Source of the DNA: Escherichia phage VpaE1_ev78
Sequence record: LR597663
Reading direction: 5' to 3' (one strand)
DNA: 64,000 nt
The notes beneath the pieces are model-generated. The model was not told the origin of the DNA, did no database searches, and was given only the letters and a program-made list of their open reading frames with translations. Made by a program: the position numbers and the translations under genes. Below, in pieces: positions 17,688-26,905 of the stretch (the stretch's first letter is position 1; every line of letters starts with the position of its first letter).

Positions 17688-17763
17688 TACTTAGTCTCTC
17701 CATAGGCATCTTTTAAGATTGCCTTGTTAATCATTTCAGCGATTGCAAAACGAACACATACAG

Positions 17764-18297
17764 CTATAATTGTAGGTTGCATTCTTTACTTACCTCTTCA
17801 AGTTTAACCTCAGAGTCCTTAAGTCGTTTCTTATGAACTCTGAATATCATTAGTGAGATGATGATACCAACTAAAGGAGCAGTATACAAGTACCAGATAT
17901 CATGTAGCTTTGCAGTAATCTGTGTAATGGTCAAGTCTTGAGCTATGTAGCTGATTGCTGATACGGCTAGTAATGTTGCTAAGAAGAAAACCAGTATCAT
18001 AACAATATTCAGACAACCTCTGGCGTGGTATTCATGCTTAATGCACTTATTCTTCTCTTCAACAACCCTGTTGTAGTCATTTGTAAAGTCTCTGTAGAAA
18101 GCTTTCAAGTATTCTTGAGTGTAGCCTTCAAAGCAACCTGTACCGTACCAATAATCACCACCAAAATGTGCTATGATACCGGTATCTCCATTCGGTTTGG
18201 TTACTCTAAGAGAAGTATGATGACCAGTCTTCTGGTAATCTATTTTGTATCTTTCTTCGTAAATCATTTCCCAACCCCTCTCAATCGTTTGTTCCAC
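17764..18297 (-). CDS. Hypothetical membrane protein
   Basis: 177 aa; two hydrophobic segments in C-terminal half. Confidence 0.45.
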   Translation of the reverse strand: MEQTIERGWEMIYEERYKIDYQKTGHHTSLRVTKPNGDTGIIAHFGGDYWYGTGCFEGYTQEYLKAFYRDFTNDYNRVVEEKNKCIKHEYHARGCLNIVMILVFFLATLLAVSAISYIAQDLTITQITAKLHDIWYLYTAPLVGIIISLMIFRVHKKRLKDSEVKLEEVSKECNLQL

Positions 18298-18482
18298 TCA
18301 AGGTCAACAAGCCTTTGCAGGACTTTCCCTCTAGGTGTTACACCTTTTAAATCTGCATCGTAGCAACGGTAAAAGTCACCTTCAGCGTGTTTACCATAGC
18401 ATTTTCTGATATTCTGGCTCCTACGATACTGCTCTAACAGGGATAGTTTGTAGTAATCTTCAACTGTAGTTAACTTTTTCAT
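18264..18482 (-). CDS. Hypothetical protein
   Basis: 72 aa ORF. Confidence 0.35.
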   Translation of the reverse strand: MKKLTTVEDYYKLSLLEQYRRSQNIRKCYGKHAEGDFYRCYDADLKGVTPRGKVLQRLVDLEWNKRLRGVGK

Positions 18483-19024
18483 TCTTTCACCATAGCATTT
18501 CTGAACTGGCGTTGTGTTTCTCTTGTAATTTCGTTTGGAGTAAACCCTGCTTTTAGCATATCTCTGAAAAGAACTTCTAAATGGTTCCTCTCAATGATGT
18601 AAATAGCATTCTGAATAACTGTTTTACGCTCCTTCAGGTCACTACTAATTTCTTCGCACTTACTGGTAAGCTCTGTGTCAACTTTCTTATAGACTGGCAT
18701 AACATGTGTGTAGCAACCTTTATTAGTCTCCATGAAAAATTTAAAAGATTCTTCAGAGTCCTTTAGAGCAATCCCTATAAAGTTTTTGTAAGCACCCGTG
18801 AAAGATAAGGACTCAATCTCAGCAGTTGAGTATACAGTCCCTGCACACAGTCTTGCAGAAGTACTAAATGTGTGGTTTGGTGTTGTGTCAAAGTCTAAGT
18901 TCTTCAGTGGTCGGAAATAAACTGTACCATTGTGTGAGATGTGTGTTACAACAGCCTCAACACTCTTTGAAGGATTCTGTTTAACATACAAAATAATTTT
19001 ATCGTGTTCTTTCACTTTAGCCAT
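18479..19024 (-). CDS. Hypothetical protein
   Basis: 181 aa ORF. Confidence 0.45.
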   Translation of the reverse strand: MAKVKEHDKIILYVKQNPSKSVEAVVTHISHNGTVYFRPLKNLDFDTTPNHTFSTSARLCAGTVYSTAEIESLSFTGAYKNFIGIALKDSEESFKFFMETNKGCYTHVMPVYKKVDTELTSKCEEISSDLKERKTVIQNAIYIIERNHLEVLFRDMLKAGFTPNEITRETQRQFRNAMVKE

Positions 19025-19096
19025 ATCTACTCTCCAGAAACTAAAAAGGGAACTACCTCTCGATAGCTCCCATCATAGTCAATATTGTATACTCGG

Positions 19097-19678
19097 TCAA
19101 GAGTATTTTTTAGGCAGTAATGCACTGCGCTTGTTACTCTCTTCACTCAACAATGCAATGAAATCATCACTTTTACCTTTCCACGGGCTGAATGAAGGGA
19201 TATGTTCACGGATAGCCTCGATAACCGTCTTAAGTGCCGTGTTCTTCATCCACCAATCAGAATCTGCTGATGCCACCACGTAGTATCCACCGTCATCAGT
19301 TAAAATTGGCTCTGAAATACATGGTGAAATCAAAGTGGTGATAATTGAACCATTGTTCATGTAGTATGTGCGTTTCATAACCTTTTCAAGAAGCTTGTGA
19401 AGGTCGCCAAACAATGTTACAAGTTCTTTGTGGTCAATATCTTTTTCGAGGTTTGCTCGATACTTCAATAGTGCAGCATCAACCTCTCTGTCATTGAACT
19501 TGAAATATTGAACTTCTTCAACAAGGCAAACACTGATGTTGTTAACATTCATAGTCAACTTGCAAACTTTTGCAGGAGAGTTGATACTTGGTTGAAAAAG
19601 TGCAATACAACCTTCAATATTTCCAAAATGTTGTACCAGTGTTACTTGTGGAGTGATATTCTGTTGCTCTTCGGACAT
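19097..19678 (-). CDS. Hypothetical protein
   Basis: 193 aa ORF. Confidence 0.45.
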   Translation of the reverse strand: MSEEQQNITPQVTLVQHFGNIEGCIALFQPSINSPAKVCKLTMNVNNISVCLVEEVQYFKFNDREVDAALLKYRANLEKDIDHKELVTLFGDLHKLLEKVMKRTYYMNNGSIITTLISPCISEPILTDDGGYYVVASADSDWWMKNTALKTVIEAIREHIPSFSPWKGKSDDFIALLSEESNKRSALLPKKYS

Positions 19679-20022
19679 TACAGTTTCCTCATTAAATACT
19701 TTTTAAGTTGTGTGTTAGGTTTCTCAAAAACTTCTATAGAAGATATCTTAACAGCTTCACCACGCATACCAGTATGTTTGAATATGTAGTACTCTAACAT
19801 CCCTATGTACTTTGCTGGTAAGTCATATTTGACATACACCGTCACAGAATCTTCAAATTCAACGACCTTTGTACCATCTTTGTAGTTAAACTCTTTAGGA
19901 TGGTCGTAGTTGTCTATGTCGTACATTAAAAAGAGTCTTTTACGTTGTAAGTCAAGCTTATTTGTTAAAGACTCTTTTATATCTGAGAAGTTTTTGTACA
20001 CTGTGACATGGAGCTTACTCAT
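19678..20022 (-). CDS. Hypothetical protein
   Basis: 114 aa ORF. Confidence 0.45.
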   Translation of the reverse strand: MSKLHVTVYKNFSDIKESLTNKLDLQRKRLFLMYDIDNYDHPKEFNYKDGTKVVEFEDSVTVYVKYDLPAKYIGMLEYYIFKHTGMRGEAVKISSIEVFEKPNTQLKKYLMRKL

Positions 20023-20308
20023 CGTTAAACTCTCTGACGAAGAAATAGTTGACTTTGTTATTACCTACCATAAGGTCAAAGCAGGTATTCTCAAAAGGTT
20101 TGTTGTAGGCATCATAAGAAGTATATGAGTCAGCTACTTGTTTAGTATTGAGCTTTTTACTTGATGGGTTTAAGAGGCCACCATACAGCTTCTTGATAGC
20201 CTCTTCTACAACAGACCAGATAATCTCGTCAGTAATTTCTTCGTACAGGTCAAGTTCACGCTCTAGTGAGAAGTCACAAATAGGGAAAACAACCTGTACT
20301 TTACTCAT
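20015..20308 (-). CDS. Hypothetical protein
   Basis: 97 aa ORF. Confidence 0.4.
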   Translation of the reverse strand: MSKVQVVFPICDFSLERELDLYEEITDEIIWSVVEEAIKKLYGGLLNPSSKKLNTKQVADSYTSYDAYNKPFENTCFDLMVGNNKVNYFFVREFNDE

Positions 20309-20706
20309 TAACGAATAACCTGTGAGACTTGAATTGCTTCAGTTACTGACAAATCACCCACTTTCTCTTCTTTGATAAAAGTGAAGGTGAGTTCAACAGG
20401 CTCTTGCTCTTCTTGCTCAACTGGAACACCATTAAGCTCATCAAAGATTGACTGAGTTGTCCAGTCTTCTCCACCATCTGGATAGTGGATTACGTAGAGA
20501 GGAAACTCTGTGTCAAACCAACCAAATACAGGGCAGCCATCTTCATCATCTCGCACCCGATGAAGGGTGCTTCCAGACCCTGTAAAACGAAGGAATAAAT
20601 CTCCGTTGCACTTGAATATTACTGCGTCGGCAAAACCTATGTCTTCTCGACCATCATGACCAAATGTGTCAACCTTTACTTGAATATCTCTAACATCTTT
20701 ATTCAT
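20308..20706 (-). CDS. Hypothetical protein
   Basis: 132 aa ORF. Confidence 0.45.
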   Translation of the reverse strand: MNKDVRDIQVKVDTFGHDGREDIGFADAVIFKCNGDLFLRFTGSGSTLHRVRDDEDGCPVFGWFDTEFPLYVIHYPDGGEDWTTQSIFDELNGVPVEQEEQEPVELTFTFIKEEKVGDLSVTEAIQVSQVIR

Positions 20707-21097
20707 AAAAACCTCTCTCTGCTTGTTCGATTTTTGCTCTTAAAGCTTCGCAATGTTGTAGATGATAGTTAGCTTCTTGTTCATGTGTTGCTAACTGCCT
20801 TTCCAGAACAGTTTTATAATAACTTGCGAGTTGCTCTTTTGTCAATGGGTGCTCTGAAATAATATCAAGTCCACTTTCACCGAGAGGGTTGAATTGTCCA
20901 TGTTCGTTGACATTGTAAGTCTCAAACTTGAACAGGCCATTGTTCACAGACTCAATAGGTGACAGTTCAACAAGCTCTACAGTAAACCGTGTATATACCT
21001 TGTCACCTCTTGAAACCACATTGTTCCCGACAATGCGTACAAGCGAGCCATTACGAGTGTACTTAAAAGTTCCAAAGTCACTAGCCCAAAGTTTCAT
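20699..21097 (-). CDS. Hypothetical protein
   Basis: 132 aa ORF with GGAG RBS. Confidence 0.45.
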   Translation of the reverse strand: MKLWASDFGTFKYTRNGSLVRIVGNNVVSRGDKVYTRFTVELVELSPIESVNNGLFKFETYNVNEHGQFNPLGESGLDIISEHPLTKEQLASYYKTVLERQLATHEQEANYHLQHCEALRAKIEQAERGFYE

Positions 21098-21111
21098 AGT
21101 TTTCTCCTTAG

Positions 21112-21140
21112 AAAATAAAAAAGGCTCCCGAAGGAGCCTA
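21112..21140 (-). terminator. Rho-independent terminator downstream of endolysin gene
   Basis: Minus-strand reading ggctcc-ttcg-ggagcc followed by TTTTTTTATTTT. Confidence 0.6.
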
Positions 21141-21148
21141 TGAAGATA

Positions 21149-21613
21149 TTACTTTGGGTATACACTGTCAAGATAAATGTCAGCTTCCATTCTACGTCTG
21201 TTTTTCAGTCCGTTTGAAGTGACTTTCTTACCTTTGACTGTAACCTTGTTCCACCACTGCATAGCTTCTGCACAACCAACCTTATTACCAGCATTGTGGC
21301 GCTTGATAAATGTGGAGTCCTGCATAGCCGTGATACCAATGTTGTATGTTTCACTTACGAGTGCATCAAACTCATTCTGAGAAGTTGGAACCTTGATAGC
21401 TTTGTTAACTGCTGCAACGAACTTTTCAACATCTGCGAGAAGGTACTGTTCAGCTTGTTCAGCCGTAATTTTCATACCCATCTTAACAGGTTTGCCAGCA
21501 ATACGGATAGTCCCATACCCAATTGTTGGGATTCCAGCAGAATCTTCGTAAGCCTCTAGCTTAAGACCTTCAAAGAACTTAATAGCGTCTAAACCTTTTC
21601 TTGAGAGTTGCAT
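21149..21613 (-). CDS. Endolysin, GH24 (T4/lambda-type) lysozyme
   Basis: 154 aa; FEGLKLEAYEDSAGIPTIGYGT matches the GH24 Glu-Asp-Thr catalytic arrangement. Confidence 0.7.
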   Translation of the reverse strand: MQLSRKGLDAIKFFEGLKLEAYEDSAGIPTIGYGTIRIAGKPVKMGMKITAEQAEQYLLADVEKFVAAVNKAIKVPTSQNEFDALVSETYNIGITAMQDSTFIKRHNAGNKVGCAEAMQWWNKVTVKGKKVTSNGLKNRRRMEADIYLDSVYPK

Positions 21614-22746
21614 TATGCCTCCCCTGCTGGATTAACTGTAACTGTTGCTGCATTAGATGTTACAGAGCCACCTGCGCCAGTAACTACACAGGTGTAGCTT
21701 CCTGCATCAGCAGCGGTTGCTCCTTCTTTGGTGTAGGTTGCAGTAGTTGCATCGAGGATGTCTTCCTCATCTTTCTTCCACTGATAACCTGTTGCACCTG
21801 TTGCCACAACATTCAACGTTAAGGTCTCACCTTCATTGATTTCTTGATTGGTTGGCTGTTGAGTGATGACAGGAAGTGCATTCACAGTAACTGTTGCAGG
21901 GCTAGAAGTAACAGAACCACCTGCGCCTGTTACAACGCAAGTGTATGAACCTGCATCTGCTGGCAGAGCACCAGACTTACTATAGGTTGCATCTGTAGCC
22001 GAAGGAATGTCAGAGCCATCTTTCTTCCACTGATAACCTGTTGCACCTGTTGCAGTCACTTCCAAGTTGATGTTTCCACCCTCATTGATGGTCTGGCTAG
22101 AAGGTTGTTGTGTAATCACAGGTAGTGCGTTCACAGTCACTGTTGCTGCATCTGAGGTAACACTTGTTCCACCCTCTCCAGATACAACACAAGTGTATGA
22201 ACCAGCGTCAGAAGGTGCTACTGACTGTTTTGTGTAAGTTGCAGAATTGGCACTAGGGATGTCCTCACCATCCTTCTTCCACTGATATCCAGTGGCGTTA
22301 GTTGCTAGAATGCTTAGAGTAAGTGTGCCACCCTCATTGACTGTTTGACCTGTTGGTTGCTGAGTAATTGCTGGTGGCTTAATAGCATCCTTCAACTTAG
22401 CATTCAACATTGAGAACGGCTTAACTCTTGCCAACCATTCACAGTAAATTGTGTCAACATCTTTACCATTGATGATTGCATACTGCAAATCCATGAAGAA
22501 GTCAGCAGTTCTCATCTGTGCACCAACACTGTAAAGCAATTCATCACTAAATGGAACTTTGTAGTCTGGTTTGTAGTCAAACTTCTCAACTTCTGCAATA
22601 TCAGCTTCAGGCCAATATGAACTATAGGTAAGTGGTAAAATAGCCTCTTGATATGTTCTAAAATCATATCTCTTACCAGCCTTTACATTTGCAATGAAAC
22701 CCTTCACAAACTCTTTGAAGTCTGGGTAAGTCTTTGCTTTAATCAT
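21613..22746 (-). CDS. Protein with N-terminal domain of unknown function plus three tandem Ig-like domains
   Basis: 377 aa; about 86 aa unit ITQQP..NEG....ATGATGYQWKKDG.DIP....ATY.K.....DAGSYTCVV.G.GGSVTS..ATVTVN repeated three times. Confidence 0.55.
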   Translation of the reverse strand: MIKAKTYPDFKEFVKGFIANVKAGKRYDFRTYQEAILPLTYSSYWPEADIAEVEKFDYKPDYKVPFSDELLYSVGAQMRTADFFMDLQYAIINGKDVDTIYCEWLARVKPFSMLNAKLKDAIKPPAITQQPTGQTVNEGGTLTLSILATNATGYQWKKDGEDIPSANSATYTKQSVAPSDAGSYTCVVSGEGGTSVTSDAATVTVNALPVITQQPSSQTINEGGNINLEVTATGATGYQWKKDGSDIPSATDATYSKSGALPADAGSYTCVVTGAGGSVTSSPATVTVNALPVITQQPTNQEINEGETLTLNVVATGATGYQWKKDEEDILDATTATYTKEGATAADAGSYTCVVTGAGGSVTSNAATVTVNPAGEA

Positions 22747-23114
22747 TTCTTTTTAGCCTCTAAATGTGCGTTTAGTCTAAAATAACCTTTGTGATGCGGA
22801 GATACATCACCAACAACAATACCTTTGACCTTATAACCTTTACCAATTACATACTGGATATCCATAAGGAATCTTCCAAGACCAACAATATGGAACATTG
22901 GATATAATAGATTCTCAGAATCTGGAATATTGATTTCAGGTTTGTAGGTGCGTTGTTCGCTTGTTGGTGTAATATCTTCTTCAGGCCATTTACTGAGTCT
23001 CCATGTCAAAGGTGTTGGGATAACATCATTAAGGTTGTACCTTTCACCATTTTGCACGGAATTGATATAGGATTGTAGGAAGCAATAAAAGTCTTTTGCA
23101 CTCTTAGCCTTCAT
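22743..23114 (-). CDS. Paralog of the N-terminal domain of the Ig-repeat protein
   Basis: 123 aa; aligns with residues 1-130 of the neighbour (MKAK..DF..F...I..V..G.RY, W.PE.DI, YKP, LLY, FLMD.QY). Confidence 0.5.
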   Translation of the reverse strand: MKAKSAKDFYCFLQSYINSVQNGERYNLNDVIPTPLTWRLSKWPEEDITPTSEQRTYKPEINIPDSENLLYPMFHIVGLGRFLMDIQYVIGKGYKVKGIVVGDVSPHHKGYFRLNAHLEAKKK

Positions 23115-23161
23115 TAAATATCCTTATAAATAGTTAAAGGGGCATCAGCCCCTATTCACAC

Positions 23162-23752
23162 TTAAGCTTTGGTCTTAAGTAGGTTCTTAAGTTTTTTAAG
23201 ATTCATACTCTCATCAAACTTAAAACCAAATCCATTGACATAATCAATGAACTCGGATTTCTTACTAAGTGACAATGCGTAACTCATATCAAAGTTCTTA
23301 CTTGTTTCTGCGTCTGGACTAGAGTTCACATCAAATGAAATTTCTGTAGGTTCTTGCTTACTTTTTCTCATATTATCAACCAACAAACATGTATAGTTTG
23401 CTGGATAGAAGTTTACACTACCATCAACGTAGCTGTACTTATTATTATGGATAAGGTTTGAAAATACCTTAAGGAATGTTTCTGAGTCGTGGCAAACAAG
23501 TTTGAATTGGCTGCTCTCTCCAAGCGCAACTAATGAGTACGGACTTTCACTATCAAAGTCATAATTTGGATTCGATGCCGTTACTGTTACACGCATCAAG
23601 TTATTAGCAATAGTCTTCTGTTTAAAAGAATTTTGAACATAGTGAAGACCTCTATCACACTGATTGACTAGCTCTTTAAGTAGGTCATTTGCATATGGCG
23701 AATTAATTGATACAGAGCCATCACTATTGTAATTAAAACTTACTGTTAACAT
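23162..23752 (-). CDS. Hypothetical protein
   Basis: 196 aa ORF. Confidence 0.45.
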   Translation of the reverse strand: MLTVSFNYNSDGSVSINSPYANDLLKELVNQCDRGLHYVQNSFKQKTIANNLMRVTVTASNPNYDFDSESPYSLVALGESSQFKLVCHDSETFLKVFSNLIHNNKYSYVDGSVNFYPANYTCLLVDNMRKSKQEPTEISFDVNSSPDAETSKNFDMSYALSLSKKSEFIDYVNGFGFKFDESMNLKKLKNLLKTKA

Positions 23753-23979
23753 TTTTCAGTTCTCCTGCGATTTATAATTTTGCTGCAATAGAGAAACGAA
23801 GTAAACTCACTGGAAGAAACCATTAAGTGTTGTTCACTAGATTGAGCCATTGCCCTGAAATACATTCCAGTCAAAGCATCATAGTGACTATTCTTTCCAA
23901 TTGAGGTTATATAGCCATGACTCTTTGCAGTTTGATATAAATCTATAATATCTGCGATTTCTAATTGGGAACTACACAT
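23746..23979 (-). CDS. Hypothetical protein
   Basis: 77 aa ORF. Confidence 0.35.
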   Translation of the reverse strand: MCSSQLEIADIIDLYQTAKSHGYITSIGKNSHYDALTGMYFRAMAQSSEQHLMVSSSEFTSFLYCSKIINRRRTEKC

Positions 23980-24143
23980 AGATAATCCTCTTGTCTTCTG
24001 TAATTTTGAAAGAACAGGTACAGACCAATTTCAGAGGATGAATAGTAGATTAACTCTACCCTTTTTGATTCCTTACAGTGATTGGTATTCTTACCTTTCT
24101 TCGGTTTATTTGATTTTCTCATTAAGTCTCCTTTGTAGAACAA
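23961..24143 (-). CDS. Hypothetical basic protein, first gene of minus-strand operon
   Basis: 60 aa ORF. Confidence 0.3.
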   Translation of the reverse strand: MFYKGDLMRKSNKPKKGKNTNHCKESKRVELIYYSSSEIGLYLFFQNYRRQEDYLCVVPN

Positions 24144-24371
24144 GGCAGACCTACAGCTTTAAGTAAGATGGTACAGTAATCCATACAACAAGTCAAGAAC
24201 TATTGCAAGTTAAAAAAGTTGTTGACAAAGTACTTGACAAGGTGTAGGCTTATAAATACTTAGAAGATAACTTAAAAGGTTCCTCTAAAAAGGCTATTTA
24301 AACAGATATCTTTCTGGATATCTATCTTTTATCTTAAAAGCCTTTTAAGAGGTCTTATAAGAGGCATACCA

Positions 24372-24743
24372 ATGAAAAACAGAACAAACAAAGGCCAGTT
24401 TAAAAAAGGCCAATCTGGAAACCCATCTGGAAGACCAAAAGGCTCTCGTAACAAAAGTTCACTTGTAAAAGCTCAACTGACCATTGATAATTCTGCTGAG
24501 TTTGCTGCAAAGTTGTTTGAAGCGATTGTTACAAGGGACGCTGCTAAGCTTGCAGAGTTCGGTTTGACGACTGACGATGTAAACCTGAAGTCGATGATGG
24601 AAGCTGGTAAAACTATCATGACTCACTCAGCAGGTGAGATGAAAGCGATTGCAGCAGACACTAAGAAGACACCTGATAATGGTGGTCAGTCTCAGGCAGA
24701 TAACAAACCAACGTTCTCTGCTGTAGCGACTCTCAAAAAATAA
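24372..24743 (+). CDS. Hypothetical protein with N-terminal GNPSGRPKG motif
   Basis: 123 aa; FKKGQSGNPSGRPKGSRNKS near N-terminus. Confidence 0.45.
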   Translation: MKNRTNKGQFKKGQSGNPSGRPKGSRNKSSLVKAQLTIDNSAEFAAKLFEAIVTRDAAKLAEFGLTTDDVNLKSMMEAGKTIMTHSAGEMKAIAADTKKTPDNGGQSQADNKPTFSAVATLKK

Positions 24744-24755
24744 TTTTAAAAGGTG

Positions 24756-24785
24756 TTGACAGACTCTACAAAGTTGCTCTAAAGT
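24756..24785 (+). promoter_or_regulatory. Sigma70-like promoter (TTGACA-18-TAAAGT)
   Basis: Consensus -35 and TAAAGT -10 upstream of the vWA gene. Confidence 0.5.
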
Positions 24786-24824
24786 CTGTCACATCAAACA
24801 ACAAATGAGAGAAGAGAGTAAAAT

Positions 24825-26240
24825 ATGAGCGAATTATTTAAACATGCGCACCTTCATGCAGGTCGAACTGAAAATGGTGCTGTAAACCATACTTCATCAA
24901 TGTCTGCTCTTGTGGACTTTTATAAAGCTGCTGGTTCAAGCCGTAGCAATGTAGAAGTCTTACCAGACCTGTTCTACAAAGCTTTGCGTGAGGATGTTGA
25001 TGTTGCAGTTCGTATTTTGCTTCATATGCGAGATGTACGAGAAGGTATGGGTGAGCGTAAAGCCTTCAGAACTGTTTTGCTTCAAGCGATTGAAGACAAA
25101 GTTTTAGAGCCTGTACAGGTTCTTCGCATTATGGATAAGATTGCAGAACTTGGTCGTTTTGATGACTTCAAAATCTTCGTAGGTACTCGTTTCGAGACAG
25201 ATGCCTTCAAACATTTAGAAGCAGCATTACTAGACCCTGCAACAGCAGGTTTGGCAGCCAAGTGGCTACCACGAGTCAAACCACGTCATAAGCAGTTTGT
25301 AAAACGTTTCTGCAAGTTTGCCAACTTGAGTGAGAAAGAGTACCGCACACTGTTGTCTGCACTATCTGATACAGTTGAGCAAAAAATCTCTGCTAATGAG
25401 TTTGGTAAGATTGACTACAGTAAGATTCCTTCTCTTGCTGCTGCACGTTACCAAAAGCTGTTTAACCGTAAAGATGGAGAGCGTTACAAAGCTTACATCG
25501 AGTCCTTATCAAAGGGTGAGGCTAAGATTAATGCTGGTGCTGTTTACCCATACGATGTGATTAAATCTGTCAAGCATGGTAATGCAGATGTTGCTAATGA
25601 GCAGTGGAAAGCACTACCAAACTGGATGGCAGAAGGTGAAAACATCTTATGTATGACTGATGTTTCAAGCTCAATGTCTTGGGTGAATTTTGGCTCCATT
25701 ACTGCTCTTGATATTGGTGTATCACTTGCCTTGTATGTAGCAGAACGCAATACAGGTTGCTTTAAGGATGAGTTGATGGTTTATTCAACAAACCCTCACT
25801 TCATCGAACTGAGTGGTGATTTACGAAACCGTCATCGTCAGGTGATGCGACACGTTGAATATGGCTCAACCAACTTACAAGCAGCTTTTGACCGCATTCT
25901 TGAGATAGGTAAGAGAAACAACTTGACTCAGGAAGATATGCCAAGTAAGCTTATCATCTTCTCCGATATGGAGTTCAATCAGGTTGATGGAGCTAACGGT
26001 CGTACAAACTTTGAAGCAATTCAGAGCAAGTACAAGAAAGCTGGATATGAGATGCCACAACTGGTATTCTGGTACTTAGCAAACCGTAATGGTACTTGCG
26101 AAGTGTCTGTTAAGGATAACGGTGTAGCAATGGTATCTGGTTTCTCTCCAGCCACTTTAAAAGCTCTGCTTGGTGGTGAGAAGTTTGACCCAATCAGCGT
26201 AATGCTCAAAGCAGTAATGATTGACCGCTATATCTGGTAA
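24825..26240 (+). CDS. vWA-domain protein with helical N-terminal domain (possible TROVE/Ro60-like architecture, unverified)
   Basis: 471 aa; C-terminal about 190 aa has MIDAS-like D-x-S-x-S (MTDVSSSMS) and later acidic motif FSDMEFNQ typical of von Willebrand A domains. Confidence 0.5.
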   Translation: MSELFKHAHLHAGRTENGAVNHTSSMSALVDFYKAAGSSRSNVEVLPDLFYKALREDVDVAVRILLHMRDVREGMGERKAFRTVLLQAIEDKVLEPVQVLRIMDKIAELGRFDDFKIFVGTRFETDAFKHLEAALLDPATAGLAAKWLPRVKPRHKQFVKRFCKFANLSEKEYRTLLSALSDTVEQKISANEFGKIDYSKIPSLAAARYQKLFNRKDGERYKAYIESLSKGEAKINAGAVYPYDVIKSVKHGNADVANEQWKALPNWMAEGENILCMTDVSSSMSWVNFGSITALDIGVSLALYVAERNTGCFKDELMVYSTNPHFIELSGDLRNRHRQVMRHVEYGSTNLQAAFDRILEIGKRNNLTQEDMPSKLIIFSDMEFNQVDGANGRTNFEAIQSKYKKAGYEMPQLVFWYLANRNGTCEVSVKDNGVAMVSGFSPATLKALLGGEKFDPISVMLKAVMIDRYIW

Positions 26241-26258
26241 AAAGTTTTAAAAAGGGTA

Positions 26259-26287
26259 TTGACAATGTGTTTAATACCCTTTAATAT
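26259..26287 (+). promoter_or_regulatory. Sigma70-like promoter (TTGACA-17-TAATAT) ahead of tRNA array
   Basis: Consensus hexamers; embedded in an 8 bp inverted repeat agggtatt/aataccct. Confidence 0.55.
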
Positions 26288-26349
26288 GTTCTACATAGAA
26301 ACGAAATGAGAGCTTTTCTAAGATACTGAAAAATATTTTAAAAAAGTTC

Positions 26350-26379
26350 TTGACAATCACTAAAAAATAATGTTAAAGT
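26350..26379 (+). promoter_or_regulatory. Sigma70-like promoter (TTGACA-18-TAAAGT) ahead of first tRNA
   Basis: Consensus -35 and TAAAGT -10 about 25 nt upstream of tRNA at 26406. Confidence 0.55.
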
Positions 26380-26405
26380 GGTTACATAGAGTTTGAAAAG
26401 TTTAT

Positions 26406-26482
26406 CTCTGTTTAGCTCAGCTTGGTAGAGCGTTCCGTTTGGGGCGGTAAGGCCGGAGGTTCAAGTCCTCCAACAGAGACCA
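26406..26482 (+). tRNA. tRNA-Pro (anticodon TGG), CCA encoded
   Basis: 7 bp acceptor ctctgtt/aacagag, D-loop with GG, T-arm ggagg-ttcaagt-cctcc; hand-folded. Confidence 0.55.
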
Positions 26483-26489
26483 AATTAAT

Positions 26490-26567
26490 GTTCCAGTAGA
26501 CAAAATGGTAAAGTCACCACTCTTTCAAAGTGGATATCTGAGGGTTCAAATCCCTTCTGGAACGCCA
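26490..26567 (+). tRNA. tRNA-Glu (TTC)
   Basis: Acceptor gttccag/ctggaac, anticodon stem ccact/agtgg with loop ctTTCaa, T-loop ttcaaat, CCA encoded. Confidence 0.6.
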
Positions 26568-26574
26568 GTTTTGA

Positions 26575-26648
26575 CAGAAGACCAATTGCAGCAAACTTAA
26601 TCTTATTCATCTGAAGGTAAATCGGACAAAGAAGAGATTTGGTCTGGT
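26575..26648 (+). repeat. Inverted-repeat-bracketed element, copy 1 (cagaagacca ... tggtctgg)
   Basis: Conserved 5' end cagaagacc(a/g)..t.cagcaa and 3' end ggtctgg shared by four elements; ends are mutually complementary. Confidence 0.55.
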
Positions 26649-26658
26649 CATTAAGAAT

Positions 26659-26735
26659 TGCGGGTATAGAGAAAGGGCGTCTCACATGTCTCATTAGCAT
26701 GGTATCGGCAGGTTCGACTCCTGCACCCGCCTCCA
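26659..26735 (+). tRNA. tRNA with CAT anticodon (Met/Ile2/initiator type); acceptor register uncertain
   Basis: D-stem gaga/tctc, anticodon stem catgt/gcatg with loop ctCATta, T-arm gcagg-ttcgact-cctgc; 1-72 appears mismatched. Confidence 0.4.
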
Positions 26736-26741
26736 AATTTA

Positions 26742-26806
26742 CAGAAGACCGTTTACAGCAATATTTATTAAATTTTTAGCGGAAAAAATTGAAAGATACG
26801 GTCTGG
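26742..26806 (+). repeat. Inverted-repeat-bracketed element, copy 2
   Basis: 5' acagaagaccgtttacagcaa identical to copy 4; 3' cggtctggtaa. Confidence 0.55.
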
Positions 26807-26819
26807 TAACACTAAACAT

Positions 26820-26896
26820 GGTTAGGAAGCACATAAGGTATGTGCGGTCGCCTGTTAAGCGAATGGCACAGGGTTCGAATCCCTGACTAACCGCCA
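26820..26896 (+). tRNA. tRNA-Asn (GTT)
   Basis: D-stem gcac/gtgc, anticodon loop ctGTTaa, T-arm caggg-ttcgaat-ccctg, CCA encoded. Confidence 0.55.
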
Positions 26897-26905
26897 AATT
26901 TAAAT

